Origin: Amphiscolops sp. MND2022
Lineage: Eukaryota
Assembly: GCA_964187785.1 (NCBI GenBank)
Contig: OZ076409.1
Location: forward strand, 21,516,001 to 21,576,000
DNA: 60,000 nt
Direction of reading: 5' to 3'
In this document: piece after piece, positions 25,961-38,524 of the stretch
Numbering within the stretch: position 1 is the stretch's first letter
How the letters are laid out: every line of letters begins with the position of its first letter
Position numbers and translations under genes: made by a program
The notes under the pieces: model-generated
What the model was told of the DNA's origin: nothing
The model's input: only the letters and a program-made list of their open reading frames with translations
Database searches by the model: none

Positions 25961-27952
25961 TTGTACACTAAACCCATCAACATCATTTTTACGGTAACAT
26001 GAGTCTAAAACTTGGTTTGTACCAAGATTTTTGAGCAAATTCTTACAAAAAACAACCTCCAATTCACAGTCCAATAACGCTGCTCGCCATCAAATTATTG
26101 AGAGCTACGACGAGCGACGATATATGTCATCTGAAAAAGGAAAAAGTCCAGGTTGGGTTCCGCTTGGATACATTTCTGAGACCACGACAGAGGACTGTGC
26201 AAAGCAGCGGAAGCTTCTGCCTCAGATTGTGGAGCTTCCATTCTAAAGTTACTTCTCTTTCCGCCAACTAGTTTATATTTGTTTCATCTTTCAGTAGGAT
26301 TTCATTTTTTCAATGCTTCTTGTTTTCAATGCTCATTTCTATCAATTAGTTTTTCGTCCACAACGCTCTCATGTCCTTCCCCAATGGCTCTAGTGCAGGA
26401 CTGGATGGCATTTCGCCCCAAATTTTGAAAAGTTTGGCTGCCAAGTCGAACGGGCAAACTGGACTGAATTTTCTCAGAGCCTTAACAAATCTTGTGAATA
26501 AAATTCTCGAAGGAAAAGTACCTTTCGAACTTCGGCCGTACTTCTTTGGTGCGAAACTAATTGCGCTAAAAAAACCTGATGGAGGACTTCGTCCTATCGC
26601 TGTAAGCAATACCTTCCGCCGGTTATCCGCAAAATGTGCCGGATACCATGTCTTCGAATCACGTCAGGCAAGATACGGAAGTCGACAAGTAGGTGTAGGT
26701 ACAAAAAGTGCGCTGAATTGGTCTCACATGTTTTTCGTTGTTTGAGAGCAAGCCCCCAGCCCAAAGCAAATATAATTTTTAAAATTGACTTTGAAAACGC
26801 CTTCAATTCAATAAACCGACAATTCATGCTAGAGAAAACTTTTGAAGTACACCCTGAAGATTAAAAGTACTCACACTCGGCGTACAGTCTACCAAGTTTT
26901 CTTTTTTACGGTGATTCAGTTATCGAATCTTGTGAAGGGGCCCAGCAAGGAGATCCTGAGTCTCCAGCTATATTTTCGGATTCCATTCAGGATCTGATTG
27001 ACAGTTTGGAGTCGAAAACAAACTTATGGTACCTTGACGATAGTAAATTAAGTGATGATTACAGAACCGTTTTGAAAGATCTCAAAAAAATAGTTGAAGC
27101 GGAAAAAACGCTGGAACTCAAAATTAAACGCACGAAACGCAAAACATTTTTCTCGGGGACATCACTGGAAAACGCCGATCGACATATTTTAGCATCTTTC
27201 CAAAAACTTTGCCCCGGGATCGAAACACCAAAAAAAAATGAACTTATCATTCTTGGTTCACCGCTCGGCCTCAAATCACAAGCAGACTTATTGGAAAAGA
27301 AAACCAATGAACTGGAAAATGTTAATGGAATTGTTGAAAAACTAGATGCGCAATATGGTTTTTATGTTGAAAAATTGCTTCAGTCTGCCAAAGTTGTTGT
27401 ACTTCCTGAGAACCAGTACATGTTTTAATCATCCAGCTCTCTTGGAAAAGCATGACAAAACCGTACGCGACAGGCTTTCCAAAGTGTGTAATGTGAACTT
27501 CGACAATATTTCGAGTACTCAGCTGGCTCTGCCCGCTGAAATGGGTGGTCTTGGGGTGTCATCCGCATCATTATTTGCAATTTCCGCCTTTTTGACCTCA
27601 GCTTTTGGTGCGAGTGAGTTTCTCACGACGATTTTCTCGGAAACATTCGAAGATCTTTCATATACAAAAACGCATGAGAAATGGTTTGACAAATGGAGTT
27701 TGACGAAAGAACAGGAAAGTCCTCTCGTGGAAACCCAGAAAAATTGGACACAAAATGTCTTCGTCAAAACCGCCTAAGATTTGATTTCTAGAATGGATGA
27801 CAAACGTTCGAAACTTTTCAACGCTCATCAAAGTTACTTCGGGTCTCAATGGCTGAACGTCGTTCCTTGTAAGAACCTAGGCCTGAAACTTGAAGATCAG
27901 CATGTTCGGATTTCAATTGGTTTGCGTCTCGGAGGCAACATTTGTGTTGCGC

Positions 27953-28295
27953 GGGGCAGGGACATTTCGTCACCAGCCATTTGGGCGACAAAAATTTCTG
28001 CCCATTTCGGCTACAAAAATGTCGCCCAAATGTCCCATCAAATATGTTCACATACCCCTAGTGCCCTAATGCAGGAGCGAAGCGAAGCGGAGCGACGTGC
28101 CATGTGGCCATGCCTCATTGTTGCTATTTGGCGAAGGGAGCGAAGCGACCGAGCCCTACAACAAATATGCTAACCTCTTTAATTATATCAATTAATTGAT
28201 CAGTTTGATCAACCCATTTGGTTGACACTTTTGTCGCCCATGTGACCGACGCCATATTGTCGCCCAAATGACTGGTGACGAAATGTCCCTGACCC
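27953..28295. mobile_element. Mutator-like MITE
   Basis: ~39-bp TIR GGG(G/T)CAGGGACATTTCGTCACCAG(C/T)CATTTGGGCGACAA; perfect 9-bp TSD GTGTTGCGC (27944-52 / 28296-304). Confidence 0.85.
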
Positions 28296-28645
28296 GTGTT
28301 GCGCATATGTGCCACTGCGGTAAAAGAGTTGAACGGGACGGTTTACTCGGTCTTTTTGCACCAAGAGTGCTGGTCGCTTCTCACGTCATGCTACTCTCAA
28401 TTCTCTCATAAAGCAGACGTTGGGATCTCTCGACTTGACTTCAATGCTCGAACCGCGCGTACTGTACCGAACAGATGGCAAACGCCCAGACGGTGTTACC
28501 ATGATTTCTTGAGAAATGGGTAAACAGCTGGTGTGGGATGTCACGGTTGCGGATGCTCTTGCACCCAGTCGCCTGAATCAAGGCTCTTTATATAACCCGG
28601 GAACCACCGCCACCGAGGCTGAAGCGCGTAAAATTGAGAAGTATC

Positions 28646-31600
28646 ACAGCCTAATTGTTGTGATAACTTTAATAAATAGATGAGATATGGTGGTGTGCCG
28701 ATAAGAAGAAGCCCCAGTGGATTTCAGAGATCGGCCGAAGTTGACGGGGGGGGAATCACAATGCAGAATGTATAACAAAAGACGAGGCTTCGCAAAGCAT
28801 TTGCAAGAAGTGTGATGTGGAGGTCCTAAATGGGCAATTAGCAATAATGTGTGATATGTGCTCTACATGGTTTCATGAAGAATGTTCGGGTTTGTCCAAG
28901 AAGCAATTAAATTTCATCAGAGAGATCGATGCCTGCAAGAGGTTCTGTGGATGGTGTCTGGACAATGTGGCTGACAGTCTCAAGTGTGTGTCTAACAATC
29001 TAGAAATGAAGAAGGACAGCGAAGATTTAAAAAAATTAGTAACCTCATTTAATACCAATAAAACCCTCTTATGCATCCAAAGTTTCAGGAAAACCTCCCA
29101 CTAATGTGAAAGACACTTGCACTGATAATCGTAAATATCCTGATGAACAAACACTATATATTTCTGGCACAATAGATAATGATATTCTTTCTTCTAGTGT
29201 ATTACAAAAACGGAGGCTGTATACTAGTTTCCCCGGTATCAAACTGGATTTCATTTTTACCAACAAGCTCGGGAAGATTGAACTATTATTTAACAACAAA
29301 GACTGTTGCACTAGAGTGAAAAACAAATGGTGTTCGAATCTTCTCGGTACATATACTAGATTTTTTCACCGAATGAAAGCAGATCACACAGGAGTATAAT
29401 CCGAGATGTGCCGGTTGAAATTTCCACTGATGACATCAAAAATGTTTTAGCTGGCGAAAAAGAGGATGAACTTCAAGTGATCCGATATAACAAAGGCGGA
29501 AAGGCCATACCTTTAGTGGAACTAGTTTTCCAGAAAGAATGCACATTCAACAAAAATCTTCAAAATGGAATTACGCTAGAGTATATGTACTTCAAGATGG
29601 ACCCAAAACGTACCACCAAACGGATTATTCAATGTTTCAACTGTCAACAATGGGGTAGTCATGTATCCAAAATTTGTAAAAACCAATCGTGGTGTGCCAT
29701 CTGTGGCTACGAGCATCCAATAAACAGTCATAAAGAAAATGAATGCCAGGGAAAACATGAACATACAAAAGATTGTATCCCACCAAATGAAATCTATTGT
29801 GTGAATTGCGGCAAGGATCACATAGCTTTTGACAAAAACTGCGAAATGTACCAGGAAATGTGGAAAAAGTTGAACAGAGTCAACTCGTGATGAAACAATT
29901 TCTCTTAGCCATGACTATAAACATTGCTGGTCTCTCCGCTCACTCGTGTATTGCTATGGATAAATATATAAACGACAACAACATAAACGGTATTACGATC
30001 TCTGAAAGTCATGGAAAATTTCAGGGTTTTGGTAACTACGATGTCCACCGTGCCCATTCAAACAAACTTGGTTGCTCCTTGCTCATACACAAACACTTAA
30101 ATTCCTATGAAGTGAAAAGAACACCCAGAGAAGGCGTTGATTGCTGTTTTGCAGCAATCTCTATTGAAAAGAGGAAATTTTTGCTGGGATCAATATACGT
30201 ACATTTAGGAAACACTGAAAACATCGAAAGCGCCACAGATGTTCTGACTGAAGTGTATACGTTATGCAAAAACGAAAATATAACCGGACCAATAATCTTC
30301 GGGGATTGGAATTCGAGGCATCCACTATGGGGCGATGAATTAGAAAATAAATATGGTAATTTACTTGCCGACTACTGTGCCGACAATAGACTTTCTATAA
30401 TAAGCCCTCACCAGCCCACTTTTGTCTCAGCAAGCAAGAAAGGTAGCAGCATAATCGATTTTTGCATCACTGAACAAAAGTGCTCTGATCTGGTATGCAA
30501 TGCACGAGTGATCGAAGACTTCGAATTCTTCTCTGGTGCTCCAGAGCAAGGTCATTGGCCTGTTCTATTTGATATAGATATTCCTGTGAAACATGATAAT
30601 CCTATACGGTGTGTGCTAAACTACAAAATGGCAAATTAGAAAGAAATAAGTATCCAACTGGAAAATAATATGGTGGAAAACATGGATAGCATGATAACGG
30701 AGGGCACCTACGAAAGTTCTCCTAATGTTTATGGACCTAGTGAGAGGAGTTTGTGAAAATTCGATTCAACGGAAAACACTCTGTAAACATTTCAAACCAT
30801 ACTGGAGCAATAAATTGACTCATTTATCGCAAAAATTGAAAGATGCGCGCAAAAACTATAGACTCCAATGTCGGAACCCGAAAAACAAGAACATTGTTGA
30901 ATTAGCTAAAACCGAATTCAAAAAGGAAATGAAAAAGTATATTACCTGTTGGACGCAAAATGGCATCATGGAATTGAATGAGGGAAGCTCTAAAACACTT
31001 TTTGATAATATCCGCAAATTCAATGATTCAATGGACTTAAATGACATAGGAGTAGTTCGTCACAAGGGTAAGACACTGGAAAAGGATTGCTATAAAGCTG
31101 CGCGCTTTCAACGTATTTTCTTCGATAGTGCACACCTTCCTGGTAAACTATTTGACACGCTTTCTATGAAAGAAAAAACAAAAGTAGAAGTGAAAGAGAA
31201 GTTGACTCACACCTTTGTGGATTATTACAAGGAGTAGGTCAATATGATCTAAACATGCGTATTACAATGGATGAACGTAAACAAGCCATAAAGAAAGTGA
31301 AGACAAACAACAAGGGCGTTGATCCTTATGGCCTTCACCCTAAACTATTAAAGAAATTCGAATTTATCACCATTAGCATATGTTTGCACTTTGTAAACAG
31401 TGCATTCTTCTTGGGGATTTGGCATTCGATAAAACCATAGTCAAATTCTTGGAAAAGTCTGGCAAAACTGATTATTCTAATCCATCTTCATGGAGACCTA
31501 CTTCACTTACATCCCATTTAGGAAAAGTAGTTGAACAAGTGATAGAAAACTAAGATCATCAGTATTTCTCGACATTGATGATCATCAGTATTCCTCGACA

Positions 31601-33189
31601 TTGATGATCAACAATTTGGTTTTCAGCCAGGCAAGTCAACTTTGCACTACTTATACAAATTATATCATGATATCTTAGCAATGAAAAATTTACCAATAGC
31701 AACAGTAAATGATCTAGAGAAAGCTTTCAATTCCGTAGATCAAACTTTTTGCTAAGCAAGCTAATAAACAGTGGTTTAAATGGTCCAATGTTAGCTACTA
31801 TAAAGTCTTTTTTACCGAATCGGAACGTCAGTATCCAAGTCAATGATTATATCGACATGTCATTTGTCCCTCCTAATGGTTTACCTCAGGGGGCTGTACT
31901 GTCACCACTTTTCTTTATATTTTATATGAAGGGCTTCCTCCATGATGCGGACTTAACATATAAGTATGCAGATGACAGTACTTCTCTTTCAAGCAAAGAA
32001 AACTTAAGCAGATCTTTAGAAAAGGCAGAAATTTATACATACAAATGGAGGCAGGTGCTGGATAGAGACAAAACTGAACATATAAATGCCTCAAAATAAG
32101 TATTTCAGTCCAACTATAAACTTGTTGAGAGAAGTAAAATAATTGGCCTATGGCTTGAACGAGATTTGAGTTTCAAAACACATGCTTCCACTAACTCTGC
32201 CTCAATGGTTAATTTCTGGAAAGAAACTAGTATACTTATAACGCAAAGATAAAATCCATTTTACGCTGTACGTATCCTTGATTCAGATGTGAAACCACGT
32301 GTCACATACTGTATGACTATTTGGTTTCATCAAAATATGACATCTCTGGACAAGATGTGGTGGAGTGTTCATAAATCTATCTTTGGGATAAGAAACTACC
32401 AAGTATCGAAACACGTAGTTTGGCCTCCTTCTCTACTCTACACTAATCAAGTAATAATGTTTCTACATTCAACTGCTAGAAGTGCAGATACTCTAAACCC
32501 AGGTGGTTTAGCAATTATACACCAACAGATTTATATTGTGAGATTATTTTTGGTACACTAACTTTCCTTTGTAAATCGTGATCCCGATGATATTAAGCAA
32601 TATACATACATTATGCTAGACAATCCTCAGTCAGTACTTTTGAGAAGGAGGTGGATGAGTAATGCAGGCACTCATGGCAAAGAGAAATAAAGCAAGGTCT
32701 AATGTACTCAAATTACTCAGGGCTCTAAGTAAAAAACAGCATCATGAAAATGCTTGCGCCATATCCCAGGAAAGTTTCTGTCAAAATGCTACGTTATCTG
32801 ATAAAAGATTTTGGAGTAGCGAAGTATTATTCAGAAGTCATAAGAGCAAAACCAATATTTGTCCCTTTTGTAGAGTTGTCGATGATACTGCACATTTCTT
32901 ATTTTCCCGTGTCTCATACCAAGAACACCGAAAGAATTTCATTGATCTTCAAAATCAAAACGTTGAGGAAACGCTAGTTGGTTTGCTAAATTGCGAAAAC
33001 AAGCATGGTATAAATGCGTTGGCTGGCTTTATTGCAAGCATCGAATAATTCCTATAACCATGCAATCCTCACTTGCCTTCCTTCTGTGTCAATTCTATTT
33101 GTACTATTTACTTTGTGCTGGAATCAATGATAGAGAGTCATTTGTACTGCCACATTCCGAAGGTTAATTGATCTCTTTTTCTTCTTCTT
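28646..33189 (+). mobile_element. APE-type LINE copy B, near full length but decayed: ORF1 (PHD + 3 CCHC knuckles), ORF2 (APE, RT, C-terminal CCHC)
   Basis: CDMCSTWFHEECSGL (PHD); CFNCQQWGSH..C, CAICGYEH, CVNCGKDH..C; GDWNSRH, SIIDF (APE); GLPQGAVLSPLFF, YKYADD (RT); (CTT)n tail; TATC on both sides; many stops and frameshifts. Confidence 0.92.
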
Positions 33190-33202
33190 TATCGCGAATT
33201 TA

Positions 33203-34518
33203 GGGGCACGGTAATAAGTTCGAACGCATAAGTTCGAAATTTAATTTCGAATGGACTAAGTTCGAATTTTCCAAAAACCGGAATAAGTTCGAATCACTGT
33301 GTTCGAATTTTGAACTAAGTATAAAACGTGCCTCTGATATTTCCCTATTTCATCTAGTGCCCCGCGGCTCCTTGGATCCGCTTATGTTTCCATCTTGCTA
33401 AGCGAGGTCGAACAGGAGCAAAGACCTAGCGGGAATGGAGATCGCGAAGCGATCGTAGTGGGAGTTGGTCTTTGCGACGGTGAGGGCGAGCGTGCATACA
33501 CCGGATATGCCCCACATTTCAGTTTTTAGATTCCTTTAGATCCTAGGTGGTGGAGCTCTCAGGATCTTGTGTGAAGGATGTCCAGTGAGGGCGAGCGTGC
33601 ATACACCTGGGTGACTGTAAATAGGTCGAATTTTTCTGGTCGAAAGGACAGAGGTCGAAATTTTTGATCGAATTGCAGGGATCGAATGGAATACAGTCGA
33701 ATTTTATCGTATTTGTTGTATGGCTCGGTCGCTTTGCTCCCTTCGCCAAGTAGCAACATTGAGGCATGGCCACATGGCACGTTGCTCCGCTTCGCTTCGC
33801 TCCTGCATTCAGGGCACTAGGGGTTTGTGAACATATCTGACTACGTTATAAAAATTTCGATCCGAGTTGTTTCGATCCCATTCAAAAATTTGGTATGTCG
33901 ACCTGAGGACTAACTCTGATTTTCGATCCCGTTCCTTCGACCTGTTTCCGCCCACCCCATACACCTGATACGCCCCACATTTCAGATTTTAGATTCCTTT
34001 AGATCCTAGGCGGTGGAGCTCTCAAGATCTTGTTATTTTCCGACCCACGTTTTCAATGGGGAGGAAAATCATCATCTGTGTTGCGTTTTTTTCCGAATTC
34101 TGCCAAATCTCCACGCTCCATCACTGGACTCACCACCGTGAGTGAGTTCTGGAGCACTCATCACTTGACCATTTAGTTCACTTGAGTTATTTAAAGTAAA
34201 TATGGGATTAAGATCCAAAGGAAATATGATCTAAAATTTCAGGACGGGAATATGATCTAAAGGGAATCAGATCTAAAATCACTAAATTTTAGATCTTATT
34301 ATTTAGATCCTATTCCCTTCCCAAAATAGCTATGGCTCAAGTGATGAAGGCGAAAGGGAGGAAAATATCCCGGTGGTTAGCGGGCGTCTTGTTCGAAGGA
34401 TGTCCAGTTTACACCGGATATGCTCAGTATGAAAATTCGAACTTGGTGTCTCGAAACCATTCCATTCGAACTTATTGCACTTGTTTAAATTCGAACTTAG
34501 TAAATCGAACTTATTGCC
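33203..34518. mobile_element. Non-autonomous DNA transposon with TTCGAA subterminal repeats
   Basis: Imperfect TIR ..GGTAATAAGTTCGA / TCGAACTTATTGCC; 8-bp TSD CGAATTTA (33195-202 / 34519-26); removing it restores the CRE reading frame. Confidence 0.8.
33609..33958. mobile_element. Nested Mutator-like MITE
   Basis: TSD (C)ATACACCT at 33600-08 and 33958-66; imperfect TIR GGGTG..AAATAGGTCGAA / TTCGACCTGTTT..CACCCC. Confidence 0.8.
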
Positions 34519-34899
34519 CGAATTTATAGACAACGGATACATTTTTCAACCGGTGGCCTTGGAAGTACATGGTTCTTTAGGCGAGAGCAGTGAAATTTTC
34601 ATCACTCGTCTCTGTAAAATGCTCTGTCGTTCGTACGACGATCAACGAGCTGGCAGCGGATTTCAATGGCTCTTCAGATCGGCAATGCGGCCTGTGTTCT
34701 AGGAACTGTGAGAGACAGAGATGCGTTCGAAGAAATTTATTACATATAGTTTTTTAATACTCTCTTTTAGTTACTCTATAGTTTATTAACCTCTCTATAG
34801 TTTTTACTCTATAGTTTTTTTAACCTCTCTTAATAATTACAGCTTTTAAAAGAATTACCGGTCGACTGCTATAGTGGCTGGTATGAGTAGTTTGTTGGT

Positions 34900-37430
34900 T
34901 GTTGTTTTTTGTTACTGTCTTCGGTCCTAAATCATTTTGCACTAAATGTTTGTTGCCCAACGATTCCAACAAGAGTAGGCAAAACCTCTGAAACTCACAT
35001 CGATTATATAATAATGGAAAATGTTCAAAATTCGTTTGTGTTTGACATACCCTTCAAAACAGACCATTTCGCTTCAATACTTTTTAGTAGTGAGAAGAAG
35101 AGAGATAGAAAACCAATAGAAAAAATGGTTTTTGATAAATCCAGGTTCAATAGGGATGAATTTCGCACAACTTTAAGATCTCTGGATTGGGACCTAATGT
35201 ATAATCAATGTAATGCCGATTCTATGTTGTACACTTTTATTTCTCTATTAAGTGGAGCTTTGAAGCAGCACGCTCCTTTAAAGAAAGTTTTTATCCGTAC
35301 TCAAAAACCAAAAAAAAACACCTTAAGTCAGAATGGTTCGACCATGAATGTAAATGCCTGCTACAAAAAAGAACAATAGCTCTTAAACGTTACCAACGCC
35401 AAACTTCTGCTATAAATTGGGAGAAATACAAAACATTGAGAGCAGAGTTTTCGGAACTAATAGCTAAAAAGCAATCTGAATACAGCTTGAACTTATTGGA
35501 AACCTTCAAATCGTCCAGAAAAACATGGAATTTTATCAACAACCTACGCAATACAAAAAGTGAAAACTCGCGAATATCGGCACTAATGAATTCTTTCGGA
35601 GATTTAATTACCGAAGACAAAAAGATTGCGAACCTACTGAACTATACATTTTCACACCTAGGTGATTACTACGGAAGAAAATTACCAAATAACATTGAAA
35701 GCAAAACTACACCTAAATTGTTTAGTTTCCGACCAACCACCATCAAAGAAGTCTTCGATGCAGTAAAATCGTTGAAAATCAATAAACCCCTAGGAACATG
35801 CTCGATACCAACATGGGCTTTTAAAGACGGAATGACTGAAATTGTACCACATCTCACAATGGTTATAAATGAATACATTAAAAAACAAAAATTTCCCTCA
35901 ATTTTGAAGAAAGGTCTCATTACACCTTTATATAAAAAAGATGACCCACTAAACCCTTTGAACTACAGACCCATTACAATAACGAGCAGTTTGTCAAAAA
36001 TATTTGAAAAACTTTTGCATTAACAAATTAATCAAAACCTATCATCAAATAAACTTTTGTCTCCTCTTCAATTTGGCTTCCGTGAGAAAACATCAACACA
36101 AGATGCTCTCATTTATTTCACCGAATCGATCCGTAAACATGTTGACGAAAACGATACTATTTATAGAGTATGTATAGATCTTTCAAAAGCATTCGATTCC
36201 GTCTCCCATCAATTTTTGTTGGAAAAATTGAACTTAATAGGCTTCAATATTGATGCTTTGGAACTAAATTTTAGCTTTTTATCACACAGAAGCCAACAAG
36301 TTGTCATCAATAATACGGTATCCGACATCACCGAAACATATCAAGGTGTACCGCAAGGAACAGTACTTGGACCATTACTTTTTAACATCTACATAAACGA
36401 TATTACAAAATACATCTCGGAAGAGTGCAGAATTATCCAATACGCCGATGACTGTTTGATATACTCAGCGAATCCAAAACCTGACATTGCATTTGAGAAT
36501 TTACAAATCTGTCTTGAAAAACTAGAAAATTATTTTCGGTCAAATCAGGTAACCCTGAATGCTTCTTAAACAGAATTCATACGTTTCTCAACACCAAAAT
36601 TAACCGTATCCAATAGTCAACTTATAGTTGCTGGTTCCAATATAAAACTTAAGAATGAAGTAAAGTTTTTAGGCATTATCATCGACAATAAACTAAGTTT
36701 CGAATATCAAGTTAAAAGTGTGCTTAAAAAAATGGCCCTTGGCATAAAAGCAATTCAAACAATACGCAACAACCTACCCAAAAAATGTTTAAAAGTGCTG
36801 CTTCATGCTCTCGTCCTAAGTCATTTTGAATATTGTAACCTTCTAACGGACATCAGTAGTGCTCTTTTACTTTCTTTAGAGAAACAACTGAATTGGGCTC
36901 TTAGAACCGTGTTCTACAGATCTAGAAACAAATGCTCAACCTCTTCGAGAATATCTGAAGAAATTTTAAGTATGAAACAAAGAAATGACTTGAAATCATT
37001 TGACTTATTATATTCGATTCTCAAAAACGAAAGGTCAGCTTTTCAGAATCATCTTAAACTCCCAACAATGAGTTTTCGAATTAAGGAAAGAAACAAAAAA
37101 ATAATATTGAAAGAGCCTGGTTCCAGTAAGTTTCTTCATGGATCCTTCTTTTATACCTGTGTGAGAAGTTGGAATTCCTTACCCACTGAACTGAGAACAA
37201 TCAAATACAAGAGAGAAAAATGGAAGAAACTTATCAAAGAACACATGATACAACTTTACAAAGATTGTCCAACTTTTTATAAAAACCATATTTGGCACGG
37301 CTTCCAACTTCTCCAATAGTTCAACAGTGCTACTTTATTTTAACTTCATTTCAATTACTACGCCTACTGTACCAAATAAGTTGTTTCTTTTTTATAAGGT
37401 ATAGTAATTAAGCGTCTTTCTCTCTCTCTC
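34900..37430 (+). mobile_element. CR1/L2-group LINE, 5'-truncated ORF2 (end of APE + RT)
   Basis: PTRV..SETHIDYI, TDHF, NYRPITI, QFGFR, IDLSKAFDSVSH, GVPQGTVLGPLLFNIYIND, QYADD, RSWNSLP; (TC)n near 37420; internal stops. Confidence 0.9.
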
Positions 37431-38524
37431 TACTGGGATAGTGGCTAGTATGGGGTTCCCTACGTTCGTTGCAGACCACATGATGATACACATGGCACTT
37501 GATTGTTGACGAAGATCCATGATATCTGATAGTAGAAAAAAATTTCTATCAATGTTGTTTTTAATATTATTTATGAAAATGAAAGACTCTGCCAGTCTTC
37601 TTTTCCGGCTACCGACGGGCGCAAGTTAACGACAACGAGGTGAAATGTCTTTGGGATGGATCGCAATTCTGTCACTCACTGGCGGTTCGATTTAAACCAA
37701 CATCAGGACTCTCAAAAACATGTTGAAGCTGCCAGGGTAATCGAAAGCTTTTTTGCTATTTAAAATGCCTCAAAGGACAATTTTTCTTTAAATTTAGTGG
37801 TTCATTTTTTAAATTTTCCGAGTTGGCCAGGCCTCTTCCCTCGCAAAATTTCATTCAAGTGTCTAAAAAATCGCGCTGGCATTTTGGCCCTCGTTTCTGT
37901 CTATCTATTCCACATTTGAAACAATTTATCTCGAAATTCAAAGTTTACCGTCCACCAAACTACCTCTCACGAGGAAATATACTCTAATCACTGGACAGAC
38001 ATAGGCCAAACGCAAAATGAGTGTAAAAGTGCAACACAAGTCAATAGTATCACATATGACTACTCTGAGAGTCTTTTTTATTGATACTGTTGATTTTTTA
38101 AAGCGGCGAATAGGTCTCCTTTCGATTACTTTACCCTGATACTTAGTGATTAGATAGGTTTTTTATGCTCAGAGATTTTAAAATTTTACAATCTCGACAA
38201 CTCGGGCCCGTCCAGCTTCTGAAGCTACGTGACTGAATAATCTTGTCAATTATAGACGCTGACGATCACAAACATAGTTGAAATGCTATTTATTTGCTGC
38301 AATATCAACTTTGTGTTTATTTAGTTCTTTGATAAAGGGCATCACGTAGAGAATAAACATTGGTTGAAATGACTGAAGTTCACGTTGAGATAGTTCTGAG
38401 TAGAATGATTGTGTGTGGCCAGCTTTATTCAACAGCGATGCTACGTTTGAGATTTGCTTCGAAAGTTTTGTTTCTGAGATCAACTTTCCTCCAAACTTGT
38501 TAAGATTTATATTTTGTTTCTATA

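Larger units (their letters stand above)
26350..34830 (+). mobile_element. CRE-like non-LTR retrotransposon (RT + restriction-like endonuclease), 5'-truncated and split by three insertions
   Basis: SSAGLDGI, LIALKKPDGGLRPIAV, KIDFENAFNS, QQGDP, WYLDD, LPAEMGGLG; with inserts removed: CHC..C, RH, RTDGKRPDG, VWDVTV, EARKIEKY-REFIDNGYIFQPVALEVHG, ALQIGNAACVLGT; tail of TACTCTATAGTTT repeats. Pieces: 26350-27952, 28305-28645, 33190-33202, 34527-34830. Confidence 0.85.
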
